Source: Escherichia coli O127:H6 str. E2348/69 (lineage in GTDB: Bacteria; Pseudomonadota; Gammaproteobacteria; Enterobacterales; Enterobacteriaceae). From it: 64,000 nucleotides of DNA. Of the stretch, positions 53,259-63,959 are shown piece by piece. The stretch lies in assembly GCF_000026545.1 (NCBI RefSeq), contig NC_011601.1. One strand, written 5' to 3'. The stretch's first letter is position 1. The number at the start of each line of letters is the position of its first letter. A program made the translations under genes and the position numbers. A model generated the notes under the pieces. It was not told where the DNA came from. It ran no database searches and worked only from the letters and a program-made list of their open reading frames with translations.

Positions 53259-53765
53259 TTAAACTGTCACACCTGATAAAGAGTTTAATGTAGTATTCTC
53301 TGGAGGGTTCACACCTTCTGTAGACTGTACGCGACGTAACAAAGAAGAGAGCCCTCTTTCAGTTAAAAAGCCTTCCAGTGCAGTGCGAGGAAACCAGGTT
53401 GAAGACAGTGGCGTAATGTGTCTCTCATTTAATTTACTTTCCAGGGCCTTCGTAACGCCTCCATACAAAAAGCTAAATATCCTTGAGAAACATCCACTTT
53501 CCTGAGTTATCTTATTTACTTTGTACACATAATTATCTTTATCTTTAATGAAGCGGACAGCATAATCTTTTCCACGAAAATTGATAATTGAATAGTCATC
53601 AATGCCTGCAAAAACCCGGTGGTGACGCTGCTGCATGCGTGCTTTAAGTTGCAGTTCATCTACTATATCATCATTCGATATATGAAGAGTTCGGGTCAAC
53701 TTATTCCATGACGCATGGCTTGTCAAAGAAGTAGTGAATGTTATACCTGATAATGATGACGACAT
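53259..53765 (-). CDS. espH: T3SS effector EspH (168 aa)
   Basis: Position between cesF and sepQ; start at MSSSLSG. Confidence 0.85.
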   Translation of the reverse strand: MSSSLSGITFTTSLTSHASWNKLTRTLHISNDDIVDELQLKARMQQRHHRVFAGIDDYSIINFRGKDYAVRFIKDKDNYVYKVNKITQESGCFSRIFSFLYGGVTKALESKLNERHITPLSSTWFPRTALEGFLTERGLSSLLRRVQSTEGVNPPENTTLNSLSGVTV

Positions 53766-53795
53766 CATACACCTCCCTATATAACGCATTCCTGA

Positions 53796-54713
53796 TTAAT
53801 CACATACTACGCTAATAGTAAAATAAAAATCTTCGTTGATTTTTATAATACTCCCGTATGCGATTGTGGTATTATTCCGTACTAACTGGCACCCACCAAA
53901 AAGATGATATCCCGTTGAATCGATAATGTCATCTTTTTGGACATTACGCAACATATGTATATCAATATGCACTGTGCCAATCACACAATAAATGCGATTC
54001 ATCACAGTCTCGCTGCTGATAGTACATAACGGATCTGCAGCCAGAACATCCGTGACAGATAAATTATTATCGCTCAGCTTTACGGTTGCCAAAGGGTTAT
54101 TAATAACAATCCAGCACCTTCTCTCTTGACTATCATCAACATGATAGAGTCTCAGACTATCACCAACTCTCAACTCTGTAACTGGATAATCAGTCCACCC
54201 AGGTACGATATAGCCATCAAAAAAAAGAGCATTAGAATGTGGAACAAATTGCCAATTATCATTAATCAGATGTTGTAAACTTTGTACCGTTGTTTCGAGT
54301 ATAATTACATTAAGTCTGTTTTCTCCATTATTATTTTCTATTACCGGATAAACATCTTTATTTAGCATCGTAAATTGAACATCATCAACTGACACATCAC
54401 CTTCCGGTAAGGCAGTCTGCATTACCCATAAGATCATGAGTTTTATCATATCTTCCGGTATCAGCCGGCTTTCACTATACGGGAATAACTCTTGGCACCA
54501 CTGAATGAACTGTTCTTCTGATATCCAGAAACGCCCCTCATAGCCCGAGTATGTCAACGTGAAACGAATACCATGACCGCTGACCTCACGAAAATATGCA
54601 TGGCAAGCATGACCTTCGGACGTAATATAGAGGCGACCGGTTCCGATAACTGGCAACAACGGCAAATAAAAATCGTTAATTTTCATATTCAATTGTGAAC
54701 TCAATGGCTTCAT
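53796..54713 (-). CDS. sepQ: T3SS sorting platform / C-ring protein SepQ (305 aa)
   Basis: 305-aa ORF in LEE3 order. Confidence 0.85.
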   Translation of the reverse strand: MKPLSSQLNMKINDFYLPLLPVIGTGRLYITSEGHACHAYFREVSGHGIRFTLTYSGYEGRFWISEEQFIQWCQELFPYSESRLIPEDMIKLMILWVMQTALPEGDVSVDDVQFTMLNKDVYPVIENNNGENRLNVIILETTVQSLQHLINDNWQFVPHSNALFFDGYIVPGWTDYPVTELRVGDSLRLYHVDDSQERRCWIVINNPLATVKLSDNNLSVTDVLAADPLCTISSETVMNRIYCVIGTVHIDIHMLRNVQKDDIIDSTGYHLFGGCQLVRNNTTIAYGSIIKINEDFYFTISVVCD

Positions 54714-55092
54714 CAGGAAAGATTTCTTTTAACTTATCGAAAACATAGTCTTTTTTATGATATAAAAAAACATGATTTCTATTATTTTGGCTTATTTTAA
54801 TAGACAGATAAATGATTCCGTTACTACATTTAATTGTTAAAACAACTCCTCGTAATCTTCCACAAAGAATACTAAACGAGTGCTCCCCTTCTTCAAAGTA
54901 GCGTCGTCTTCGGCCCGAGGAGTAAAACAATCTCTTCCATAAAGAAGCCATTCGTATGAACAACGTATCAGGCGATCTTTTTTTTATATGATAAAAAATA
55001 TCATTAAAACTTTCTTCTCCTTGCGGCCAATCATCTGATGGCCGAAAAGAAACAGGCTCTATCAAATTTCTTTTTAGAGAAACTCTAGTCAA
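54676..55092 (-). CDS. escP: LEE Orf16 (EscP), needle length regulator (138 aa)
   Basis: LEE3 order; overlaps sepQ start. Confidence 0.75.
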   Translation of the reverse strand: MTRVSLKRNLIEPVSFRPSDDWPQGEESFNDIFYHIKKRSPDTLFIRMASLWKRLFYSSGRRRRYFEEGEHSFSILCGRLRGVVLTIKCSNGIIYLSIKISQNNRNHVFLYHKKDYVFDKLKEIFPDEAIEFTIEYEN

Positions 55093-55462
55093 AGTAATGT
55101 TCCTTTATGGCAAAAGATAATTTTTCTACTGATTTATTAACATGTTGCAGATTCTCTTTTGTTCGTTTTTGTGAATCTAGCAATGAACGCTTTTCCTTCG
55201 AAAGTGAAGATTTTTTCTCATACAATCGCTGCTTTTGCTCATCAAATGCATTGTTTTTAATCTGATATTTATACAACGACACTTTATCCAAATTCACCAG
55301 CGATGCACAATACGCCTGCTTAGAGGCAATCGACTCTTTAATGGATTGCTCGCAGTCATCGAGTTTACCATCCACCTCTTTTATCTGAGAGTTAATCTTA
55401 GCCATTGATTCTCTCAATCGGTTCGCTCTGCTTTTACGAATAGATAAAATTCTGTCCAACAT
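55085..55462 (-). CDS. escO: LEE Orf15 (EscO), ATPase stalk (125 aa)
   Basis: Coiled-coil-rich 125-aa ORF immediately downstream of escN. Confidence 0.75.
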   Translation of the reverse strand: MLDRILSIRKSRANRLRESMAKINSQIKEVDGKLDDCEQSIKESIASKQAYCASLVNLDKVSLYKYQIKNNAFDEQKQRLYEKKSSLSKEKRSLLDSQKRTKENLQHVNKSVEKLSFAIKEHYFD

Positions 55463-55464
55463 AC

Positions 55465-56805
55465 TCAGGCAACCACTTTGAATAGGCTTTCAATCGTTTT
55501 TTCGTAACTACTGATATCTTTGGTGCTTTGTTGTATAAAGTTCTGAATTAATTTCCTATTTTTTATTGCCTTATCTGCTTCAGGATCTTGCCCCATCGTG
55601 TACTCACCAATACGAATAAGCAGCTCAACATTTTTATAAGTTGCAATAAGCTTTTTGCATTCTGCCGCCGCACGCAAATGCTCCGATGTAACAACGTTAT
55701 GCATAACACGACTGGCACTTAAACCAATATCAATTGCAGGGAAATGGTTTTCCTCTGCAAGTTCTCGGGTAAGTACGATGTGCCCATCAAGAATAGAGCG
55801 GACTTCATCGCCAATAGGATCATTAACATTATCGCTTTCTAACAACACCGTATAAATCGCGGTTATTGAACCTTTTGGCGCAGGCCCCGCTCGCTCTAAT
55901 AATTTGGGTAACGAAGAAAAAACACTCGGAGGGAATCCCCCCCTTACATCAGGCTCTCCCGATGCAAGCCCAACATCACGCGCGGCTCGGGCATAACGAG
56001 TTACAGAATCCATCATTAATAATACATTTTTACCTTGATCGCGGAAGTACTCTGCAATAGTCGTCGCCGTAAATGCGGCTTTCATCCTTTCCAGCGCGGG
56101 GCGGTCTGACGTTGTGACGACCAGCACACATTTAGAAAGCGTGGATTGAGGTAAAAGCGCGAGGAATTCATTTACTTCGCGACCACGTTCGCCGATAAGA
56201 GCAAGGACAATAATATCTGCGGATGCGCCATTACAAATCATCCCCAAAAGCGTACTTTTACCAACGCCTGAACCAGCAAAAATACCGATACGCTGCCCAA
56301 TACCGCAAGTTAGTAGCCCATCAATTGCCCTGACGCCAAGTATAAATGGCTGATCAATAACCTGCCTTAATAAAGGATCTGGTGGTTCAGCATACAAGCT
56401 GCGTTCAAACGGAAGATAGGGGGCAACAATATTACTCTCCATTGGTCTGCCTATGCCATCAATAAGCCGCCCAAGTAGTGCGTCTCCAACACGAATCTTG
56501 AACTCATCCCCCTGATAACTTAACCACTGACCACAGTACATGCCGGAAACATGCTCAAAAGGCAACAAGAAAACCTCATCTTCATCAATAGCGATCACCT
56601 CGGCTAAACGTTGACTGGGTTCTATCTTGTAAAAGGCGCCAATACGCGCTTTTGGTAAACGCGCCTTAATAATCGTCCCGCCGATATTGATAATCTTGCC
56701 TTCATATCTGGTAGACGAATTTAATGATAATGCCGGCACAGTGCTATTGAGCACTTTCTGAATACGTGGGTATTTTTCCAATACAGAATCATGCTCTGAA
56801 ATCAT
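55465..56805 (-). CDS. escN: T3SS ATPase EscN (446 aa)
   Basis: Walker A GSGVGKST; F1/FliI-type ATPase. Confidence 0.95.
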   Translation of the reverse strand: MISEHDSVLEKYPRIQKVLNSTVPALSLNSSTRYEGKIINIGGTIIKARLPKARIGAFYKIEPSQRLAEVIAIDEDEVFLLPFEHVSGMYCGQWLSYQGDEFKIRVGDALLGRLIDGIGRPMESNIVAPYLPFERSLYAEPPDPLLRQVIDQPFILGVRAIDGLLTCGIGQRIGIFAGSGVGKSTLLGMICNGASADIIVLALIGERGREVNEFLALLPQSTLSKCVLVVTTSDRPALERMKAAFTATTIAEYFRDQGKNVLLMMDSVTRYARAARDVGLASGEPDVRGGFPPSVFSSLPKLLERAGPAPKGSITAIYTVLLESDNVNDPIGDEVRSILDGHIVLTRELAEENHFPAIDIGLSASRVMHNVVTSEHLRAAAECKKLIATYKNVELLIRIGEYTMGQDPEADKAIKNRKLIQNFIQQSTKDISSYEKTIESLFKVVA

Positions 56806-58816
56806 TTACCGTTCCTAATACTTTAAGTTCGATATTATTCCCAACCTCCTGAAAAGAGAGCACGGGGACTGACGGGAACGAACCTTCAATCATTTTCTTC
56901 ACATAGCGCCTGATATCTAAAGCGGTCAGAATGACGCCGTTCCCCGTTGGATTCATGATATTTTTTAAGAAGCCAATTATCTGCTCAGTTCGCTCCGGTG
57001 AGATATTCAGATACGAACCTGATGACGTTTGTCTGATCGACTCTCGTAGCTCATTTTCAATATCAGAGCCAATAAGCCAAACGTTCAGAAGTGTACCGCT
57101 AACGCTATAGCGACCTAAAATATGCCGACGCAGGGCGATACGAACGTATTCGCACAAGATAACCACATCCTTTTCTTTTGTTGACCAAAAAATAAGCGTC
57201 TCAAAGATAGTTCTCAGATCTCTAATTGAGACATTTTCCTCTACGAGACGTTGTAGAATGTCAACAATTTTGCTCAAACCAAGCTGGCGCTGCAGCTCTT
57301 TCACAAGCTCGTTATATTTTCTCTCCATGATGTCCATCAAATAACGCGTTTCTTGTACGCCGATGAACTCTTTGGCATTAGACAATACAAGTTTCTTTAG
57401 CAAAAACGTTATCTTATCATTTGTTGTTGCATAAACATCCATACCTGTAAGGTGAGCGAGTTGTTGATTAGTCTTATTCGTCTTATATACGATAGAGTTA
57501 GTCGAAAGCTTTTCCTGGACAAATTCGAATGATATCTCTGCATGCCCAGCCTCAAAATAGACAGTATCATCTATAAGAGTATCTTTGTATATTGACTCTT
57601 GATAGAGCAAAAATTCTATTGCGCTATCATTATTTTTAACCGGATTAACAATAATCTTAGGCAATGGAATTCCACTTTCCTCAAAGAAATTCCAACGCAT
57701 GACCTCAATTTGCTGTGTAATGTCTGAACTATAAATATTACTACTTAAGTTTAAAATCAATGGCTCAGCGCCCGGTGAGATGTTTTGGCTATTAGACAAA
57801 TCAGCTCCCATAGCATCCTTATTATTGCCAGCTCCAAATGTTCTTTTCTTCTGTAATTTCCAGGCTATCCCCAACAGGCAAACCGCCAGAAATAAGAAGA
57901 CCAATGTAGGAAAGCCCGGAATAATCGCCATTACGAGCATTAGTGCGGCACTGATTAAAAAAGGGCGACTATTAACAGAAACCTGTTGAACAATATCACC
58001 TGCAAGGTTTTCTTCTTTTTCGCTTTCACCGGGCACACGAGTAACAACCACGCCCGCGGTGACAGAAATAATAAGCGCAGGGATCTGGGCAACCAAAGCA
58101 TCACCGACAGACAATACAGAAAACAGGCTAAGTGCCTCACTAAATGGCATGTCAAATTGCCACATACCAATGAGCACGCCACCAAAAAGGTTAACTAAAA
58201 CAATAATGATACCAGCAATAGCGTCCCCTTTTACAAACTTCATCGCCCCGTCCATTGAACCATAAAACTGGCTTTCCTTTTGCACTCGGGAGCGAAGAAC
58301 TTTTGCCTCAAGCGGGTCAATAACGCCTGCGCGCATATCACCATCAATACTCATTTGCTTTCCTGGCATACCATCAAGGGAAAAACGAGCACTCACTTCA
58401 GCAACACGCTCGGCCCCTTTTGTAATAACCATAAATTGAACAATGGTGATAATAGTAAAAATAACCAGGCCAACAACAATATTACCGCCAACAACAAAGT
58501 TACCGAAGGAGTAAATAATGTCACCCGCATCGTGATGCAGCAGAATAAGTCTGGTTGTACTAACACTGAGCGACAGGCGCATCAACGTCGTAATCAACAG
58601 GATTGTGGGGAAAGAAGTTAGTTCAAGAGGATTTTTTATATAGATTGAGAGCATTAATAAAAGTAAAGCTGTCGAAATATTAATCGCGATAATGATATCC
58701 ACCACAACTGTTGGTAGTGGAATAATCATCATCATTACAGCCATAAAGAAGAAGAGAGCCAGAATAAGATCGTGATATGACTCTGCTTTTTTAAATATAT
58801 TTAAGAGTTTATTCAT
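56789..58816 (-). CDS. escV: T3SS export gate EscV, FlhA/InvA family (675 aa)
   Basis: N-terminal polytopic membrane domain plus large cytoplasmic domain. Confidence 0.95.
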   Translation of the reverse strand: MNKLLNIFKKAESYHDLILALFFFMAVMMMIIPLPTVVVDIIIAINISTALLLLMLSIYIKNPLELTSFPTILLITTLMRLSLSVSTTRLILLHHDAGDIIYSFGNFVVGGNIVVGLVIFTIITIVQFMVITKGAERVAEVSARFSLDGMPGKQMSIDGDMRAGVIDPLEAKVLRSRVQKESQFYGSMDGAMKFVKGDAIAGIIIVLVNLFGGVLIGMWQFDMPFSEALSLFSVLSVGDALVAQIPALIISVTAGVVVTRVPGESEKEENLAGDIVQQVSVNSRPFLISAALMLVMAIIPGFPTLVFLFLAVCLLGIAWKLQKKRTFGAGNNKDAMGADLSNSQNISPGAEPLILNLSSNIYSSDITQQIEVMRWNFFEESGIPLPKIIVNPVKNNDSAIEFLLYQESIYKDTLIDDTVYFEAGHAEISFEFVQEKLSTNSIVYKTNKTNQQLAHLTGMDVYATTNDKITFLLKKLVLSNAKEFIGVQETRYLMDIMERKYNELVKELQRQLGLSKIVDILQRLVEENVSIRDLRTIFETLIFWSTKEKDVVILCEYVRIALRRHILGRYSVSGTLLNVWLIGSDIENELRESIRQTSSGSYLNISPERTEQIIGFLKNIMNPTGNGVILTALDIRRYVKKMIEGSFPSVPVLSFQEVGNNIELKVLGTVNDFRA

Positions 58817-59166
58817 GATGTCATCCTGCGAACGCGCTCAATAATCTGCACATGCTGTTGAAAAGTATTCATTAGAAAAAAAACATCGATATTGGTTAAC
58901 AAACAACTTAAGCACAATTTATTATCGTAGACAAAAATATGTTCAATCACTCCCTGCGTACGCTCAGGAGCAAGGGCACTAAAGAAAGAGAAAAATGCGT
59001 TTTCGTTATACTCTAAAGCAAACGTAACAAAAACATTATTATCAATTATTTCAATAAAAAAAGAAAACCCATTAAAATCAATTTCAACACGGTTATCAAA
59101 TAAATAAAAATCATTTCCCAACAATCTTAAAAACTCTTCAACATTTCTTTTAACTAAAAGATTCAT
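58813..59166 (-). CDS. cesL: LEE Orf12 (CesL), first gene of LEE3 (117 aa)
   Basis: Position at head of LEE3 upstream of escV. Confidence 0.7.
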   Translation of the reverse strand: MNLLVKRNVEEFLRLLGNDFYLFDNRVEIDFNGFSFFIEIIDNNVFVTFALEYNENAFFSFFSALAPERTQGVIEHIFVYDNKLCLSCLLTNIDVFFLMNTFQQHVQIIERVRRMTS

Positions 59167-59350
59167 CTGCAGGCTCTGAAGTAAGTATACGTGTGAATAT
59201 TATTGCTTGAAAAAGCGTATTGGATAATATATACAGTATATGTACTTTATGTACATTGCAACTATTTAAATAATATAATAGTTGCCTATGGGATAATTTG
59301 GTTATTTATAACCAGGTAAATGTCTAAATTAGACAAAAGGAGAAAGATCA
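59167..59350. promoter_or_regulatory. Divergent LEE2/LEE3 promoter region
   Basis: AT-rich intergenic region between divergent orf12 and espZ. Confidence 0.5.
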
Positions 59351-59647
59351 ATGGAAGCAGCAAATTTAAGCCCTTCTGGTGCAGTATTACCACTGGCAGC
59401 CACAATCAATGGAAATAATCCAGTGGATGAGAAGACAGGGGTGATGCAGTCAGAAGGTGGAACAAGTCGCAGCGTTAGAATCCTGGGTGGAGTTTTAATA
59501 GGTGCAGGTGTTCTAGCCGCTATCGGTACTGGTATCGCAGCAATGTGTGTTGACGACCCTTCACAAAGATTAGGCTTAGGAATCGCAGCCGGTGTATTAG
59601 GTGGCGTAACTACTGTTGCCGGCGGATTAGCGATGAAATATGCCTAA
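59351..59647 (+). CDS. espZ: T3SS effector EspZ (SepZ), 98 aa, two transmembrane segments
   Basis: 98-aa ORF with two hydrophobic helices; first gene of LEE2. Confidence 0.85.
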   Translation: MEAANLSPSGAVLPLAATINGNNPVDEKTGVMQSEGGTSRSVRILGGVLIGAGVLAAIGTGIAAMCVDDPSQRLGLGIAAGVLGGVTTVAGGLAMKYA

Positions 59648-59676
59648 TCATCGCATCGCATAAAAATAGAGAGGTA

Positions 59677-60105
59677 ATGGATGCATTATGCTATTGCCTC
59701 TCTCATGAAAAGAGACTAACAGTAAATATGAATAATATTAATCAATCGGAAAACATTAATATTCAGTTAAATAAAGCATCCCAAACAAATGTCGTTGATG
59801 AGCATATCCCGTTAGCATCAACCCCCTCTGCAGCCGGAGCGGCTCAGTTTCTTGATCAATTACTCCCTAAAACGGCGGGAGTGTCTTCCCCAGAACAAGT
59901 GTTGATTGAGGAAATTAAAAAGCGACATCTTGCAACAATGAACACCGATCTCAGTTTCGATGCACTATCTGCAGGTGGGCTCTCGCCCGAAGATGTACTC
60001 ACTTTACAAAAGAATGTGCTCAACGCAAACGTCAATGTTGATGTCGTATCTAAGTTAGCAAGCCTCCTTTCAACATCGGTTACAAAATTAGTTTCGATGC
60101 AATAA
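59677..60105 (+). CDS. escI: T3SS inner rod protein EscI (rOrf8), 142 aa
   Basis: LEE2 order; RBS gagagg upstream of ATG 59677. Confidence 0.75.
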   Translation: MDALCYCLSHEKRLTVNMNNINQSENINIQLNKASQTNVVDEHIPLASTPSAAGAAQFLDQLLPKTAGVSSPEQVLIEEIKKRHLATMNTDLSFDALSAGGLSPEDVLTLQKNVLNANVNVDVVSKLASLLSTSVTKLVSMQ

Positions 60106-60107
60106 AA

Positions 60108-60680
60108 ATGAAAAAACACATTAAAAACCTTTTTTTATTGGCTGCTATTTGTTTGACAGTGGCATGTAAAGAGCAATTGTATACAGGATTAACAGAAAAA
60201 GAAGCTAATCAGATGCAAGCACTGTTGCTATCCAATGATGTCAATGTTTCCAAAGAAATGGACAAAAGTGGAAATATGACACTCAGTGTGGAAAAAGAGG
60301 ATTTTGTTCGCGCAATAACGATTTTAAATAATAACGGCTTCCCGAAAAAGAAATTTGCAGATATCGAGGTTATTTTCCCACCCAGCCAGTTAGTGGCATC
60401 GCCATCACAAGAAAATGCAAAAATCAACTATCTCAAAGAACAAGACATCGAAAGGTTGCTAAGTAAAATACCCGGTGTTATCGATTGCAGCGTTTCATTA
60501 AATGTTAACAATAACGAAAGTCAACCATCCTCAGCAGCCGTTTTAGTCATCAGCTCGCCAGAGGTTAACTTAGCACCATCGGTCATTCAGATAAAAAACC
60601 TGGTTAAGAATAGTGTCGACGATCTCAAATTAGAAAATATTAGTGTTGTTATCAAGTCATCCTCAGGACAGGACGGGTAA
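60108..60680 (+). CDS. escJ: T3SS inner-membrane ring lipoprotein EscJ (190 aa)
   Basis: Lipoprotein signal LLAAICLTVAC; YscJ/PrgK family. Confidence 0.9.
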   Translation: MKKHIKNLFLLAAICLTVACKEQLYTGLTEKEANQMQALLLSNDVNVSKEMDKSGNMTLSVEKEDFVRAITILNNNGFPKKKFADIEVIFPPSQLVASPSQENAKINYLKEQDIERLLSKIPGVIDCSVSLNVNNNESQPSSAAVLVISSPEVNLAPSVIQIKNLVKNSVDDLKLENISVVIKSSSGQDG

Positions 60681-60685
60681 TATGT

Positions 60686-61141
60686 ATGAACAATAATAAT
60701 GGCATAGCAAAGAATGATTGTGACTGGCTAACGGCCCTTGATTTTGTAAAGGATGTCAACGGTTCACCAACGCATCTCACTTTTTATATCTACCAAAAAA
60801 ATGCTTTCTTGCACGATTTTGGAAACTACTGGGTTCTATATATCGAGCTTAGTGGTGATTTTCGTCAGATTCCAACAGATACATTTATCAGACTCTGCAA
60901 TATCCTGGCCGTTAGTAAAGAATATAAACAAATGGGTATTTTCCTGTCTAATAAGAAGTGGTATCTTTGCCAAATTTTTCATAAAGATAATAATCATCGC
61001 GCAAACATGTCAAAAGCAATAATGCAACATACTCTCGCCTCGTTGCTCGACAAGCAATTTGATAAACTAGAGCAATCATCTTCATCAGATACAATGATGC
61101 CGCCAACACACTTGTTTTCTGATATAGGACGAATTGTGTAA
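60686..61141 (+). CDS. sepD: T3SS secretion switch protein SepD (151 aa)
   Basis: LEE2 order. Confidence 0.85.
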   Translation: MNNNNGIAKNDCDWLTALDFVKDVNGSPTHLTFYIYQKNAFLHDFGNYWVLYIELSGDFRQIPTDTFIRLCNILAVSKEYKQMGIFLSNKKWYLCQIFHKDNNHRANMSKAIMQHTLASLLDKQFDKLEQSSSSDTMMPPTHLFSDIGRIV

Positions 61142-62679
61142 TGAAAAAAATAAGTTTTTTTATTTTTACAGCACTATTTTGCTGCAGTGCACAAGCTGCC
61201 CCGTCCTCTCTGGAAAAAAGATTAGGCAAGAACGAATATTTTATTATTACTAAAAGTTCTCCAGTACGTGCAATCCTTAATGACTTTGCTGCTAACTACA
61301 GCATTCCTGTTTTCATCAGTAGTTCCGTGAATGATGATTTCTCTGGCGAAATAAAAAATGAAAAACCTGTAAAAGTACTGGAAAAACTGTCCAAACTCTA
61401 TCATCTCACATGGTATTATGATGAGAACATCTTGTATATTTATAAAACAAATGAAATATCAAGAAGTATAATTACACCAACATATCTGGATATTGACTCA
61501 CTGCTAAAATATCTGAGTGATACAATCTCAGTAAACAAAAACTCTTGCAATGTGAGAAAAATTACGACATTTAACTCGATTGAAGTTCGGGGTGTTCCTG
61601 AATGTATAAAATATATTACATCTTTATCAGAAAGTCTTGATAAAGAGGCACAGTCTAAAGCCAAAAATAAAGATGTTGTTAAGGTCTTTAAACTGAACTA
61701 TGCGTCAGCGACAGATATAACATACAAATACCGTGACCAAAATGTTGTCGTCCCAGGTGTTGTCTCCATTCTGAAGACAATGGCAAGTAATGGTTCGCTT
61801 CCCAGTACCGGTAAAGGTGCCGTCGAGCGAAGCGGTAACCTGTTTGATAACAGTGTAACGATTTCCGCTGATCCACGTCTTAATGCAGTTGTTGTAAAAG
61901 ACCGCGAAATAACGATGGATATCTATCAGCAATTAATTTCTGAGCTTGATATTGAACAAAGGCAAATTGAAATTTCTGTCTCAATTATTGATGTTGATGC
62001 AAACGATCTTCAGCAGCTCGGCGTAAACTGGTCCGGTACGTTAAATGCAGGACAAGGTACGATTGCCTTTAATAGCTCTACCGCACAGGCTAATATCAGC
62101 TCTTCTGTGATAAGTAATGCCAGTAATTTTATGATTAGGGTGAATGCGTTACAACAGAACTCGAAAGCTAAAATACTCTCTCAGCCGTCAATTATAACCT
62201 TAAATAATATGCAGGCGATTCTTGATAAAAACGTAACGTTTTATACAAAAGTCTCCGGAGAAAAGGTGGCGTCTCTGGAAAGTATTACAAGCGGAACATT
62301 GCTGAGAGTGACACCACGTATACTTGATGACAGCTCGAATAGTCTTACCGGAAAACGTCGGGAACGAGTTCGTTTGTTACTTGATATTCAGGATGGCAAT
62401 CAATCGACTAACCAAAGCAATGCTCAGGATGCCAGCAGCACCTTACCTGAAGTACAAAATTCAGAAATGACAACAGAAGCGACATTAAGTGCAGGAGAAA
62501 GTTTATTACTTGGCGGATTTATCCAAGATAAAGAAAGTTCAAGTAAAGATGGTATACCGCTGTTAAGCGACATTCCTGTTATTGGTAGTTTATTCTCCAG
62601 TACGGTAAAACAAAAACATAGTGTTGTTCGACTCTTTTTAATTAAAGCAACCCCGATAAAATCTGCATCTAGCGAATAA
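61141..62679 (+). CDS. escC: T3SS outer-membrane secretin EscC (512 aa)
   Basis: Signal peptide MKKISFFIFTALFCCSAQA; secretin family. Confidence 0.95.
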   Translation: MKKISFFIFTALFCCSAQAAPSSLEKRLGKNEYFIITKSSPVRAILNDFAANYSIPVFISSSVNDDFSGEIKNEKPVKVLEKLSKLYHLTWYYDENILYIYKTNEISRSIITPTYLDIDSLLKYLSDTISVNKNSCNVRKITTFNSIEVRGVPECIKYITSLSESLDKEAQSKAKNKDVVKVFKLNYASATDITYKYRDQNVVVPGVVSILKTMASNGSLPSTGKGAVERSGNLFDNSVTISADPRLNAVVVKDREITMDIYQQLISELDIEQRQIEISVSIIDVDANDLQQLGVNWSGTLNAGQGTIAFNSSTAQANISSSVISNASNFMIRVNALQQNSKAKILSQPSIITLNNMQAILDKNVTFYTKVSGEKVASLESITSGTLLRVTPRILDDSSNSLTGKRRERVRLLLDIQDGNQSTNQSNAQDASSTLPEVQNSEMTTEATLSAGESLLLGGFIQDKESSSKDGIPLLSDIPVIGSLFSSTVKQKHSVVRLFLIKATPIKSASSE

Positions 62680-62692
62680 TAAATGAGGCTTT

Positions 62693-63148
62693 ATGAGCAG
62701 GAAATTTAGCTCTCTAGAGGATATTTATGATTTCTACCAGGATGGTGGCACATTAGCGTCATTAACAAATCTGACACAACAAGATCTCAATGACCTTCAT
62801 TCTTATGCCTATACAGCATATCAATCTGGTGATGTAATAACCGCAAGAAATCTATTCCATTTGCTCACATATCTGGAACACTGGAATTATGACTACACCT
62901 TATCTCTGGGCTTATGCCATCAGCGTTTATCAAATCATGAAGATGCACAACTGTGTTTCGCACGCTGTGCAACTTTAGTTATGCAAGATCCCAGGGCATC
63001 TTATTATTCTGGAATTAGCTACTTACTCGTCGGAAATAAGAAAATGGCCAAGAAAGCCTTTAAGGCTTGTTTAATGTGGTGTAATGAAAAAGAAAAATAC
63101 ACTACATATAAAGAAAATATTAAAAAATTGTTAGGTAATACAGAGTAA
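62693..63148 (+). CDS. cesD: T3SS translocator chaperone CesD (151 aa)
   Basis: TPR-like class II chaperone; last gene of LEE2. Confidence 0.85.
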   Translation: MSRKFSSLEDIYDFYQDGGTLASLTNLTQQDLNDLHSYAYTAYQSGDVITARNLFHLLTYLEHWNYDYTLSLGLCHQRLSNHEDAQLCFARCATLVMQDPRASYYSGISYLLVGNKKMAKKAFKACLMWCNEKEKYTTYKENIKKLLGNTE

Positions 63149-63531
63149 AAACTACCATCAGCTATACCAATCCCCAGGCTGACTGGGGATTTTCTATCGG
63201 AAATAATAAAGCTGCTATAGTGAAGTGCTCCCAAAGTTGAGCACCGACCACTGGTAGATTTATCTACAGGTGTGGGGTTATTCCATTAACCAGGATTTTA
63301 TGCCCTGAACTATCTTCTGCTGTATTTAATATCATTTCCGTTTATGAAACAATCTGTATATCTTAACTTAGCATTAGAAATCTGATCTTTCCAATCATCT
63401 ATAGCTCAGAGTATATTTGTCAGGAAATGACCTTCAAACTTTAGCCGAGAAAAAGGCTTACCCTGGAAAACAAAACCCTTAAATATAGCTTTATTTTTAT
63501 TCTTCTATAAAATATACTCAAAAAATTACGT

Positions 63532-63945
63532 CTAACTCTCCTTTTTCCGCCTCAAGATCATTTCGTTCCAGATATTAGACTGTCCCACAATACCATTACC
63601 AACTCGGTAGGTTTTTCTTTTTGGTCCGGTTGATCCAGGACTTTCTATCGGAACCGCCTCAAGGTTAACATCATAAATGAAAATCTCAAGGCGCTTATAA
63701 TGCAAATTACCATAACTAACATATCTGACACGAAATGAAATTTTTTCTTTTCTTCTCGATATATAAGTTATAATAAATGATGCTCTCCTCAGGTTTATAC
63801 CGAATGCTTCGGCAATATCATTGCGAGAAATCCATTTCTCCTGCAATTTACACCAAAGAGAAACCAAGATATACAGAGGTTCACCATCGTAATTCTTTAC
63901 TGAGTCAGGAATTACATAGTCGCCATTTTTATTTTTAGATTCCAT
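63532..63945 (-). CDS. grlA: Global regulator of LEE activator GrlA (137 aa)
   Basis: MESKNKNGDYVIPDSVKNYDGEPLYILVSLWCKLQEKWISRNDIAEAFGI. Confidence 0.9.
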   Translation of the reverse strand: MESKNKNGDYVIPDSVKNYDGEPLYILVSLWCKLQEKWISRNDIAEAFGINLRRASFIITYISRRKEKISFRVRYVSYGNLHYKRLEIFIYDVNLEAVPIESPGSTGPKRKTYRVGNGIVGQSNIWNEMILRRKKES

Positions 63946-63959
63946 TTTCCATATTCTTT

